Shown one piece after another: positions 1 to 9,093 of a stretch of DNA of 64,000 bases; the first letter of the stretch is position 1; each line of letters opens with the position of its first letter. The notes under the pieces are model-generated. The model was not told where the DNA came from and did no database searches. It saw only the letters and a list, made by a program, of their open reading frames with translations. The stretch spans positions 832,001 to 896,000 of the forward strand of contig CAXXLL010000002.1 in the NCBI GenBank assembly GCA_963662545.2, given 5' to 3'. A program made the position numbers and the translations under genes. Source of the stretch: Gammaproteobacteria bacterium. Its GTDB lineage: Bacteria > Pseudomonadota > Gammaproteobacteria > Ga0077536.

Positions 1-872
1 ATCTGCTGTGGGATGGCGTGCGTGTTGTGGTTCGTCTGCTCGCACAGGCGCGCGAGTTGCCTGGCGCGCCGGAGTTGTGCTTCGTGAACCACACTCGATT
101 GGCGAAGAAGCGTGCGCGGGCGCTGTGGTATGCGCGTGGTGCGAAGCAACGCCAACGTCTGTATCGCGATTTGATTGGGGCGACGCGTTCAACCTTGGAA
201 GCGGTAGCGAGGGTACGTGAGCAGCTGCTGAGCCCGGGCGTCACCGGCGTTGAACTGCCGGACTGGCTAGCGCAGGTAGCGCACTACGAAACACTTGTTC
301 TGCAGGTGATTTCGCAAACTGAGCGGCGGGTGTTCGGCGGTGAGAAGGTCCCCGCGAGCGAGAAGTGCGTGAGCTTGTTCGAGCCGCATACCGACATCAT
401 CATAAAGGGTGCGCGCGACGTTCAGTACGGACACAAAATCAATCTGGCTTCGGGGCGCAGTGGCCTCATCCTCGACGTGGTCATCGAGCGAGGCAATCCG
501 GTCGATAGTCAGCGCTTCATGCCGATGCTCGAACGGCATCGAACACACTACGGGACGATGCCACGACAGGTCGCCGCCGATGGCGGCTATGCGAGCCTCG
601 ACAATCTCCGGGCGGCGAAAGCAGAAGGCATCGAAGACGTTGCCTTCCACAAGAAGCGCGGGCTCGCGATCGCCGACATGGTCAAGAGTCAGTGGGTCTA
701 TCGACGCTTGCGCAACTTCCGCGCCGGCATCGAGGCCGGTATCTCCTGCCTGAAGCGTGCATACGGATTGGCACGTTGCACCTGGAAGAGCCTGCCGCAC
801 TTCGAAGCCTACGTGTGGTCTTCTGTGGTCGCCTACAACCTCAGCCTGCTCGCGCGCTATCAACTCGAATAG
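1..872 (+). CDS. DDE transposase, C-terminal part (5'-truncated by the window)
   Basis: Motifs SLFEPHTDIIIKG, VAADGGYAS and FRAGIEAGISCLKR. Identical to the C-terminal part of ORF 62230-63498. Confidence 0.92.
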   Translation, partial: LLWDGVRVVVRLLAQARELPGAPELCFVNHTRLAKKRARALWYARGAKQRQRLYRDLIGATRSTLEAVARVREQLLSPGVTGVELPDWLAQVAHYETLVLQVISQTERRVFGGEKVPASEKCVSLFEPHTDIIIKGARDVQYGHKINLASGRSGLILDVVIERGNPVDSQRFMPMLERHRTHYGTMPRQVAADGGYASLDNLRAAKAEGIEDVAFHKKRGLAIADMVKSQWVYRRLRNFRAGIEAGISCLKRAYGLARCTWKSLPHFEAYVWSSVVAYNLSLLARYQLE

Positions 873-1084
873 CGACGTTCACTCGCACTAACTGACCTCC
901 TCGATATCGTCGAACGGGCGACTTTGGGTTGCAGCGCTCTGCGGCCGGCGAACGTACTCACAATTACGCTCGAAGAGCCCTTCGACCCCCACCGAACCGC
1001 CGCTACCGCTCCAACAACCTACTTTCAACACCTCGATTTCTCCGTGCCCATCGAAGAAAATGCCTGTTTATGGACGGACACTAG
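1..1084 (+). mobile_element. Insertion sequence, left copy (3' part only; ISNCY/IS5-like DDE element)
   Basis: 1-1084 is the reverse complement of 62018-63101 (both ends and the translated ORFs match). It ends in GTTTATGGACGGACACTAG, followed by a second CTAG (1085-1088, putative target site). Confidence 0.92.
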
Positions 1085-1480
1085 CTAGGCATCCTCGCCT
1101 TTTTCCGACCAGTCCGCCGCCGCCCCCGATTTCGCGATTTCCTGAATCTGGGCGCTTTCCTGTCCGATCAGCCGTTCGATCACGGTCAGACGGTCTTTCA
1201 GTTGCTCGACCGGGCCGAGCAAGGCCGTATACCGTATCAAAATAGCGGCCAAGGCCTCCACCACGAGCAGCGGATCGTCCTTATTTTCTTCGAGGAATTT
1301 GTTGGTATGGCGGAAGAGTTTTTCCACCATTTCCTGCTTTTCCGCGAGACCTCCGGCGCTTTCAGGCTGGCTAGACCCCGCAGCATCGTTTTTGCTGGTC
1401 ATTTTTGCGGAGCCTGGGCTCGAATCGGCTTGCGGTTCCCCTCTATTTGTCGAACTCGATCTTTTCGCCATAACCGTCAT
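1085..1480 (-). CDS. Hypothetical protein, divergent from the monooxygenase operon
   Basis: 131-aa ORF with a low-complexity N-terminus and an amphipathic-helix-like core. Its stop codon lies within the CTAG next to the IS. No recognised family. Confidence 0.5.
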   Translation of the reverse strand: MTVMAKRSSSTNRGEPQADSSPGSAKMTSKNDAAGSSQPESAGGLAEKQEMVEKLFRHTNKFLEENKDDPLLVVEALAAILIRYTALLGPVEQLKDRLTVIERLIGQESAQIQEIAKSGAAADWSEKGEDA

Positions 1481-1656
1481 CTACTCTTGCGTCGCCGGGC
1501 GGGAAACATATACTTTATAATCAATTAGCGAACAATTGGCACAAAGTGAAATGCTTCCGGGGCGGGTGCGGTAACAGGCCGTCGCCACGGGGGTAAATCT
1601 CGCCAAAAACCCTGTTCGGCGCCAGAACGTCGGCCGGCCAAGCGGAGAGTATAAAC

Positions 1657-3321
1657 ATGTCGGGAAATCTCACACTTTCTAAGATCGTCAAGCAAAAGGG
1701 CATCAGCATCACTGAGGCGACCAGGCGGATCGCAGACTTGGGATGGGCACCGTCCTATTTCGAGGAAGTGCTGAAATACCCGACGGATTATAAAGTTGAG
1801 AAAGCACCCAAGGACCCGATGAAGCAGGTCCTCAGATCCTACTTCCCCATGCAGGAAGAGAAAGACAACCGGGTTTACGGCGCACTGGATGCGGCGCTGC
1901 GCGGCGACATGTTCCGTAACGTCCAGCCCCGCTGGATCGAATGGCAGAAGTTGTTCCTGGCGATCATACCGTTTCCGGAAATATCAGCGGCGAGATCGAT
2001 GGCCATTCAGTCTCAGATCGCGCCCGGGGAAGACCTGCGTACAGGTTATACGATGCAGATGATCGACGAGTTCCGCCACTCGACAATCCAGATGAACCTG
2101 AAAAAGTGGTACATGGAAAATTACGTCGATCCGGCCGGCTTCGACATTACCGAGGCCGCGTTCGGCAAGTGTTATGCGACCACGATCGGGCGGCAATTCG
2201 GCGAGGGCTTTATTACCGGCGACGCGGTAACCTCGACCAATATTTATTTACAGGTGGTAGCGGAAACCGCATTTACCAACACCTTGTTCGTCGCCATGCC
2301 GTCAGAAGCCGCTCGCAACGGTGATTACGCTTTACCAACGGTGTTTTTGTCCGTCCAGTCGGACGAATCACGGCACATTGGCAATGGTCACTCATTCCTG
2401 ATGTCGATCGTCAAGGAGCCCGAGAATCTCGATCTGTTGGAGCGGGATTTGCGCTACGCGTTCTGGCAGAACCACGCCATCGTGGACGCGGCGATCGGCA
2501 CCATCGTTGAATACGGCACCAAAGATCGGGACAAGAACAAGGAGTCCTATGCGGAATTGTGGCACCGCTGGATCTTCGACGACTACTACCGCACCTACCT
2601 GCTCCCCTTAGAGAAATACGGGGTAAAAATTCACCATGACGATATCGAAGCAGCCTGGGACCGGATCGTGAAAGGGAATTACGTCCATAAGGTGGCGCAG
2701 TTTTTTTCGTTCGGGTGGCCGGTCGCGTTCTGGCGCATTGACGGTATGGTCGACGAGGATTTTGAATGGTTCGAAGCCAAATACCCCGGCTGGTACAACG
2801 AGTTTGGTCAGTACTGGAAGAATTATGTAAAGGCCAGTCTGCCCAATCAACCGCCGTTGATGTATCTCGATTCGGGCTACGTTTATCCCCACCGCTGCTG
2901 GAGTTGCAACGTGCCGGCACTGATCCGGGAGGATTTCTGCGTTGATGAGGTGGAGGGCGAACTTTACACCTACTGTTCAGAGATTTGCCGGTGGACCCAT
3001 AAGGTCGCATTCGCGGGTGAATACAATGGTAGACCCACCCCAGCCATGGGCCGTTTCAGCGGCCGCCGCCAGTGGGAAGAGTGCTATCACGGCTGGGATC
3101 TGGCGGACGTGGTGAAGGATCTTGGATTTGTCCGGCCCGACGGCAAGACCGTTATCCAACAACCCCACCTACACTTCGAAGACGACAAAATGTGGACATT
3201 GGACAACTTCAAGGGCCTAGAAGTGCGCAGCCCGCTGCTGGACCTGCGGGCCATGTCGCCGGAGGACCGCGAAACACACATTGCGGAATACCGCGCCGGC
3301 TTCACCGAAAAGCCGATCTAG
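1657..3321 (+). CDS. prmA: Soluble di-iron monooxygenase hydroxylase alpha subunit (group 5, propane monooxygenase-like)
   Basis: Di-iron ligand motifs FPEISA, DEFRH, VAETAFTN and DESRH, plus C-terminal YTYCSEIC and GFVRPDGKT. RBS GGAGAG upstream. Confidence 0.93.
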   Translation: MSGNLTLSKIVKQKGISITEATRRIADLGWAPSYFEEVLKYPTDYKVEKAPKDPMKQVLRSYFPMQEEKDNRVYGALDAALRGDMFRNVQPRWIEWQKLFLAIIPFPEISAARSMAIQSQIAPGEDLRTGYTMQMIDEFRHSTIQMNLKKWYMENYVDPAGFDITEAAFGKCYATTIGRQFGEGFITGDAVTSTNIYLQVVAETAFTNTLFVAMPSEAARNGDYALPTVFLSVQSDESRHIGNGHSFLMSIVKEPENLDLLERDLRYAFWQNHAIVDAAIGTIVEYGTKDRDKNKESYAELWHRWIFDDYYRTYLLPLEKYGVKIHHDDIEAAWDRIVKGNYVHKVAQFFSFGWPVAFWRIDGMVDEDFEWFEAKYPGWYNEFGQYWKNYVKASLPNQPPLMYLDSGYVYPHRCWSCNVPALIREDFCVDEVEGELYTYCSEICRWTHKVAFAGEYNGRPTPAMGRFSGRRQWEECYHGWDLADVVKDLGFVRPDGKTVIQQPHLHFEDDKMWTLDNFKGLEVRSPLLDLRAMSPEDRETHIAEYRAGFTEKPI

Positions 3322-3340
3322 GGGTGCCAATTTCAGGAGG

Positions 3341-3367
3341 ATCGGTGCATTCAAGCGCCGATTTTTT
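3341..3367 (+). terminator. Intra-operonic hairpin followed by a U-tract after prmA
   Basis: ATCGGTGC-ATTCAA-GCGCCGAT (one G:U pair) followed by TTTTT. Confidence 0.45.
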
Positions 3368-3429
3368 GCGTCCGACGCAATTATTTTTCGATCCGTGCGG
3401 CGATTAAGCGGCAAAATGGATTTCTGCTT

Positions 3430-4458
3430 ATGACTCATTCCGTTCGGCTCGAACCCATCGGTGTGGAAATGGAGGTGAACGAAGACGAGACCGTTCTCCA
3501 AGCCGCGTTTCGTCAAGGTATCGCGCTGATGCACGGCTGTAAGGAAGGGCAATGTTCCTCATGCAAGTCCGTGCTGCTAGAAGGTGACGCCGAACACGAG
3601 GACTTTTCCACCTTCGCTTTATCAGAGTCGGAACAGGAAGAGGGTAAAGTCTTATTGTGCCGCCTGTTCGCCTACAGCGATCTGGAAATTGAACTGCTTA
3701 ATTACGACGAAGAAATCCTGTCCAACTGGATTCCGGCCAGGAAGCTAGCAGGTAAGATCGCGGCCATTGAAGTCCTGACCCACGATATTCGGAAATTCGA
3801 CATCGAATTAGACGAAGCGATGAAATTTAGTGCCGGCCAGTATGCGGATATTACGATTCCGGGCACTGGAGTGACCCGGTCCTATTCGATGGCCAATCCA
3901 CCGAGCGAAGAAAAATCTCTTTCCTTGATCATCAAAATCTATCCGGAAGGAGCCTTTTCAGGCCTGCTCGCCAATCGCTTGAATGCGGGAGACCCGATAG
4001 AGGTTGAGGGACCCTTTGGCACGAGCTTTCGAAATCAGAACCATGATGGACCGATGCTGTTGGTGGGCGGCGGAGCGGGCTTGGCGCCCCTGTGGTCCAT
4101 CTTGAACGACCTTGCGGAAAGCGGCGTGCAGAAACCTGTACGGTTTTTTTACGGCGCCCGCGCAAAGCAGGATTTGTTCTACGTTGACGAGATTACGGCT
4201 ATGGCCGAAAAACTCGACGATTTTGAATTCATTCCAGCCTTATCGGAAATGGCCACGGGCGATGATTGGGACGGCGCGACCGGTTTCATCCATGAAATTG
4301 TCGAACGCAGCTACGCCGCTACCGGACGTGACGACACCTTTGAAGCCTATGCATGTGGACCGCCACCGATGGTCGATGCGGTTCTGCCGGTTTTCCAAAA
4401 AATTGGAATCGACGCCGACAATATACATTTGGACAAATTCACTCCGGCGACAGATTAA
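3430..4458 (+). CDS. prmB: Monooxygenase NADH reductase ([2Fe-2S]/FAD/NAD)
   Basis: CKEGQCSSC...LLC ferredoxin motif, RSYS FAD motif, and GGAGLAP and ACGPPPM NAD motifs. Symbol follows the Gordonia nomenclature. Confidence 0.93.
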   Translation: MTHSVRLEPIGVEMEVNEDETVLQAAFRQGIALMHGCKEGQCSSCKSVLLEGDAEHEDFSTFALSESEQEEGKVLLCRLFAYSDLEIELLNYDEEILSNWIPARKLAGKIAAIEVLTHDIRKFDIELDEAMKFSAGQYADITIPGTGVTRSYSMANPPSEEKSLSLIIKIYPEGAFSGLLANRLNAGDPIEVEGPFGTSFRNQNHDGPMLLVGGGAGLAPLWSILNDLAESGVQKPVRFFYGARAKQDLFYVDEITAMAEKLDDFEFIPALSEMATGDDWDGATGFIHEIVERSYAATGRDDTFEAYACGPPPMVDAVLPVFQKIGIDADNIHLDKFTPATD

Positions 4459-4519
4459 GTCCCGCAACAGACCAAGCCCGGGTTGGAATTTTTCTCGGGC
4501 CATGTGAAAGAGAGAAACT

Positions 4520-5587
4520 ATGGCACAAACCACACCCAAATCCGGCGCTGCGGGGAGTAGTACGTTTTCGGGATCCGATAGCCGCCGCTACAATTATTTC
4601 GAACCCGAGGGCCGCCGGGCCACGGTATACGAAGACGTCACTGTTGACGTTCAGCCGGATCCCAGTCGCCACCTGCTACAGGATTGGATCATTTCCTTCG
4701 CCGATGGGCGGCCGGCTTTTAGCGAAAAGTCGACTGCCGTTAAGTGTTCGGATTGGCATGTTTTTCGCGCGCCGGACCAAGAATGGGAACGAACCCATTA
4801 CCAGCGACAGAGCCACATCGAAAACACGATCAAAATGGTTGTCGATAATGCCCGGAGTGCCGGGGCACCAGGCCGCTTTGAAAAAGGCTGGGTGTCCGTA
4901 CTTCAGGATCAATTTGGCGCCCTAAAGCATGCGGAATTCGGTTTGGGTGTAGCGTTGACCAAAGCGCAGCGCGACGGGATGACCCAAATGATCAATAACG
5001 CCATCCTCACCAATGCCTCCTACAAGTTACGACTGGCCCAAGACATCACCCTGTATTTGGGCGACATCGGTTTGGACATCGAAATTGACGGCGACGCCGG
5101 TAAAAGAACCTGGTTGGAAGACGAGGCTTGGCAAGGGGTTCGAAAAGCGGTCGAGGCCATACTGGCAGCCACCGATCACATTGAGGTCTATTTTGCCGTC
5201 AATGTCGTCTATGAAGCGCTAGTTGGTGAGCTGTTTCGCAGTGGCTTCATCATGCGCGCGGGCCCTGCTCACAATGATTATGTTACACCCTCGGTTATTT
5301 CGGCAGCAGGAAGTGATTATCGGCGAAATCTGGCCAACACGCTCACCCTGTTGACCATGCTAACCGGCGATTCCGAACACGGCGACGCCAACAAAAAGAT
5401 CATGGTGGGCTGGCTGGAAAAATATGTTCCCTTGTGCACTGAGGCGGCAACACAATTGAAGTCGGTATGGGGCCTGCAGAGCAATGGCGATTTGGAATTT
5501 GACAGCGTCTTTGCGGACGCAAAGGGCCGGTTCAAGGACATCTTGTCGGAAATCGAAGTCAGTTTACCGGATGGTATAGCGCTATGA
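4520..5587 (+). CDS. prmC: Monooxygenase hydroxylase beta subunit
   Basis: YNYFEPEGRRATVYEDVTVDVQPDP and DWHVFRAPDQEWERTHY, typical of Prm/Mim beta subunits, and its position in the operon. Confidence 0.9.
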   Translation: MAQTTPKSGAAGSSTFSGSDSRRYNYFEPEGRRATVYEDVTVDVQPDPSRHLLQDWIISFADGRPAFSEKSTAVKCSDWHVFRAPDQEWERTHYQRQSHIENTIKMVVDNARSAGAPGRFEKGWVSVLQDQFGALKHAEFGLGVALTKAQRDGMTQMINNAILTNASYKLRLAQDITLYLGDIGLDIEIDGDAGKRTWLEDEAWQGVRKAVEAILAATDHIEVYFAVNVVYEALVGELFRSGFIMRAGPAHNDYVTPSVISAAGSDYRRNLANTLTLLTMLTGDSEHGDANKKIMVGWLEKYVPLCTEAATQLKSVWGLQSNGDLEFDSVFADAKGRFKDILSEIEVSLPDGIAL

Positions 5588-5922
5588 GCATTCAAACTTT
5601 CAAGGATTTGAACCGCGAAGATACGGTGTCGCACAAATGCGGTGTCACGATGAACGACAGCGTCGACTCGCGGGTCATAGCTGAGGTCATGCAGGAGAAG
5701 CCGGGGGTCGAGGTGCTCCATTACCCGGCGATGATCCGCATAGATGGGGAAGGTAAGATGACCTTTGATATGGAGGAATTGAGTGAGGCCCTGGGGAGAA
5801 CTTTCACCGCCTATGATTTCGAAGTCGTCATGTCGACCCATTACGGGCGCATGGTCATGATCGACGAGAATACCGTCGTGTTATTTGGTGATATGGACGA
5901 GGTTCTCAAGTACGAGGAATAG
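5584..5922 (+). CDS. prmD: Monooxygenase coupling/effector protein (MmoB/DmpM family)
   Basis: 112 aa with CGVTMNDS, PAMIRIDG and MSTHYGRMV. ATGA overlap with the beta-subunit gene. Confidence 0.9.
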   Translation: MSIQTFKDLNREDTVSHKCGVTMNDSVDSRVIAEVMQEKPGVEVLHYPAMIRIDGEGKMTFDMEELSEALGRTFTAYDFEVVMSTHYGRMVMIDENTVVLFGDMDEVLKYEE

Positions 5923-6132
5923 GAAGGCCCCAATCCTTGAGCCGAAACCGGAAGTAGCCGGCCTGAGGGAATGGGCACGATAAGCATCTGCGCTGGGCCG
6001 CTGGGGACACTACCCGCCGGCACCCGCGGCGCGGTCAATCCAACTGATCTCCGTGTTGACGAACGAATAACACCGGTCCGGTGTAGGGCAGCCGAGATCG
6101 GACCAAGGCGGAATCCAAGGGAGGCGTGAGGT

Positions 6133-7767
6133 ATGCCGAAAATGATGGTCTTCGACCAGGACGCGCGTGCCGCATTGGGCCGCGGCGTCAAACTACTGAC
6201 GAGGGCCGTGCAGTCCACCCTCGGTCCAAAAGGGGGAAATGCCATCATCGATGTTCCGATCGGAACGCCCATCATCTCGCGGGATGGGGTGAGCATCGCC
6301 GCTGAAATCGAGCTTGAAGACCGTTACGAAAACATGGGTGCTCAGGTCGTCAGGGAAGTCTCCAAGAGGACGAATGAAGTGGCGGGTGACGGCACGACGA
6401 CCGCGACGGTTCTCGCCAATGCTTTGATTCAAGAAGGCTTCAAATCTCTGGACGGCGAGGTATCCGCGATCGATCTTGTGGACGGCATGAATCTCGCCGT
6501 GGCAAGCGTAGTTGAAATCCTCAAAAAATCGGCGGTGCCCGTCTCCGATATTGAGGATGCAGCGTCATCCGTCGCGATTATTGCGGCGAATGACGAAACT
6601 ACGGGGCTGCTGGTTGCCGAAGCACTGGAAAAAGTCGGGCCGACGGGCATTGTTACCGTTGATATTGGTCTGACGGTCGACACCACCGTCGATGTCATCG
6701 AGGGCGCGTCCTACGAGCGTGGCTATGTTTCCCACCACATGGTCAATGATGTGGAGTCCATGCAAATCCATTTGGATGCCCCCCTGCTCCTGCTGACGGA
6801 CCTTGGACTCGGGTCTGCCGAGGAGGTTGAGAGCCTGCGTGCCTTGGCAATAAAAGCTGGAAAACCCATGCTGGTTATCGCCGAAGATTATTCCGTGGAG
6901 GCCGTTGCGGCCTTGCTCGACGATTCTAAGGGTCCCGCCATCGTCGCCGTGCATCCACCTGAATATGGAAAATGGCGTCAGGCCATGATGGAAGATATCG
7001 CCATCATGACCGGCGGCCGGGTGTTCGTGAAAGAACTGGGCGGTCACTTTCGGGACGCCACGGTCGCTGATCTTGGAACGGCTATGCGAGTCAAGATCTC
7101 CGCCGACACGACAGTCATTTCCGGCGGCGGCGGTAGCGTGGACCAAATCAAGGGCCGAGTGGAGCAGATTCGCCGCCAACTGGCGATCAACGAGGTGCCC
7201 ATCGAAGAGGACAAATTTAACGAACGATTGGCCAAATTATCGGGCGGGATTGCCGTTATCCACGCGGGCGGCGCCACACCGGTGGAACAAAAACGCCGCG
7301 TGCATCTGATCGAGGATGCCTTGAATGCGACCCGGGCGGCATTGGAAGAAGGGGTCGTGTCGGGCGGTGGTACCGCCTTGATCAGAGCGCTGGGGGCCGT
7401 GGAGCAGATCATCGCTGATTCGTCCGGTGGGATCAGGGAAGGCGCTGACGTAGTCAGGCGATCCCTTACCCAACCCCTTGCTTGCATCGCGCAAAATAGT
7501 GGGGTCGATCCTGCGAACGTGGTCGAAAAGGTAATGACGGCGGAAGATAGCATTGGTTACAACGCTCGGACCGGAAAGTTCGTTGATATGATTGATGCTG
7601 GAATCATGGATCCGGTAAAGGTCACCTACACTGCCTTGCTCAATGCGGTGTCCGTGGCCGCCCTGATTTTAACGGCCCAAACTCTGATTGCGGATATACC
7701 GGAATACGACGATCCGACCGCCGGCCCGGCCCGCGGAGGCGGTGCTGAAAAATATGGGATGCAATGA
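6133..7767 (+). CDS. groEL: Monooxygenase-associated GroEL-like chaperonin (MmoG/PrmG/MimG type)
   Basis: TLGPKG, AGDGTTTAT, ERLAKLSGG, GVVSGGG and IMDPVKV. No GGM tail and no adjacent groES. Confidence 0.88.
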   Translation: MPKMMVFDQDARAALGRGVKLLTRAVQSTLGPKGGNAIIDVPIGTPIISRDGVSIAAEIELEDRYENMGAQVVREVSKRTNEVAGDGTTTATVLANALIQEGFKSLDGEVSAIDLVDGMNLAVASVVEILKKSAVPVSDIEDAASSVAIIAANDETTGLLVAEALEKVGPTGIVTVDIGLTVDTTVDVIEGASYERGYVSHHMVNDVESMQIHLDAPLLLLTDLGLGSAEEVESLRALAIKAGKPMLVIAEDYSVEAVAALLDDSKGPAIVAVHPPEYGKWRQAMMEDIAIMTGGRVFVKELGGHFRDATVADLGTAMRVKISADTTVISGGGGSVDQIKGRVEQIRRQLAINEVPIEEDKFNERLAKLSGGIAVIHAGGATPVEQKRRVHLIEDALNATRAALEEGVVSGGGTALIRALGAVEQIIADSSGGIREGADVVRRSLTQPLACIAQNSGVDPANVVEKVMTAEDSIGYNARTGKFVDMIDAGIMDPVKVTYTALLNAVSVAALILTAQTLIADIPEYDDPTAGPARGGGAEKYGMQ

Positions 7768-7860
7768 TCACATTACGCGTCGAAATCGTAGAGCCAATCG
7801 GCGGGCATAGGGTTCGATCAATCAGACCTGTGACGGCATGGCGCTAGATAAGCGAAAACA

Positions 7861-8895
7861 ATGATCGAATGGTTTAAATCGTCCATGTCGCGACGCGCTT
7901 TGTTCGGGACGGCGCTGGTCGCCGGGGCGGGAACCAGTGCCCTTGCAAAAGCGGCGCACGCTGGAAAGATGATAACGGCGGGTGAGGTTGATAATGCCCG
8001 GAACGGTTTCGATCCGCACGACATCTTGACCGATTGGGACACCGGCACGGTGAGTCATCGGCCTGATGGCCGGCGCGTCCGGTATTTCGAAGTGTCGGCG
8101 ATGGATCGTGAAATTGAGATCGCGCCTAACTTGATATTTTCAGCTTGGACTTATAACGGCCGTGTTCCAGGACCGACCCTGCGGGTAACGGAAGGCGATA
8201 TCGTTCGAATTCAGTTCACGAATCAGGGCACCCACGCGCACACGATTCATTTTCACGGAATTCACTCGGCTCGCATGGACGGTATACCAGGGGTCGGAGA
8301 GATATTGCCGGGCGAGATTTTCGTTTACGAATTTGAAGCCCAACCTTTCGGGTGTCATTTGTATCACTGTCACTCCACGCCTCTCCGGCGACACCTTCAC
8401 AAGGGGCTCTACGGGGCGTTTATCGTCGATCCGGATCCAGACCGCCACCCCGAGGCGGAGGACGTGGCCCGGTCCCGCCTTTTAGGAACGGAGGAAAATG
8501 ACCTGTGGCAAGAGTTTCTCATGGTCATGAACGGGTTTGATGTGAATTTCGACGAGAAAAATGAGGTCTACGCTGTTAACTCGATTGCCCACGCATTTGC
8601 CAAACGGCCGATTAAGATTGACCGGCAGCGTCCGGTGCGAATTTACCTGATTAACATTACTGAATTTGATCCCGTCAATTCATTTCACCTGCACGCCAAT
8701 TTCTTCCACTATTACGATCATGGCACCACTCTCGAGCCGACATCCAAAACCATCGACACGGTAATGCAGTGCCAGGGTCAGCGAGGTATCCTGGAGTTCA
8801 GTTTCAAAGATCATGAAGCGGGCATGTACATGTTCCATGCCCATCAGACCGAATTTGCCGAACAAGGCTGGATGGGCTTTTTCGAGGTGTCGTAG
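7861..8895 (+). CDS. Tat-exported two-domain multicopper oxidase (type C-like)
   Basis: SRRALF Tat motif. Domain 1 has HTIHFH and HCH-x6-H-x4-L; domain 2 has HLH and HAH, with no T1 Cys. Confidence 0.85.
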   Translation: MIEWFKSSMSRRALFGTALVAGAGTSALAKAAHAGKMITAGEVDNARNGFDPHDILTDWDTGTVSHRPDGRRVRYFEVSAMDREIEIAPNLIFSAWTYNGRVPGPTLRVTEGDIVRIQFTNQGTHAHTIHFHGIHSARMDGIPGVGEILPGEIFVYEFEAQPFGCHLYHCHSTPLRRHLHKGLYGAFIVDPDPDRHPEAEDVARSRLLGTEENDLWQEFLMVMNGFDVNFDEKNEVYAVNSIAHAFAKRPIKIDRQRPVRIYLINITEFDPVNSFHLHANFFHYYDHGTTLEPTSKTIDTVMQCQGQRGILEFSFKDHEAGMYMFHAHQTEFAEQGWMGFFEVS

Positions 8896-8898
8896 TTA

Positions 8899-9060
8899 GG
8901 AACCTTTGAATAAGTCATGGTGCGTCTGAATGGTTCATGCAATTGTGCGGATCAAGGCACGAATCGCCGGCCATAGCGCGGACTAGGGCTGAGGTTCGTA
9001 ACGCCGAACTGCGCGATATCATGGGCAAGGCGGTTGTGCCATGACTTATTCAGAGGTTCC
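8899..9060. mobile_element. MITE, 162 bp, with 22-bp terminal inverted repeats and TTA flanks
   Basis: GGAACCTTTGAATAAGTCATGG (8899-8920) and CCATGACTTATTCAGAGGTTCC (9039-9060) are complementary at 21/22 positions. TTA lies at 8896-8898 and 9061-9063. Confidence 0.8.
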
Positions 9061-9093
9061 TTAAAACCCATCCCATAGGCGGATAATATTGAG

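Noticed and set aside
1537-1554. Sigma54 promoter TGGCACAAAGTGAAATGC upstream of prmA
   Set aside because: The -24 element is good, but the GG-to-GC offset is 15 nt instead of the required 12.
1657-5922. Soluble methane monooxygenase (mmoXYBZDC)
   Set aside because: There is no gamma subunit or MmoD, the gene order is alpha-reductase-beta-coupling, and Gln replaces the sMMO Cys151. This fits group 5, so methanotrophy is not supported.
7861-8895. Copper nitrite reductase NirK
   Set aside because: It has four HxH-type motifs for a trinuclear cluster and an axial Leu, which fits a two-domain multicopper oxidase better.
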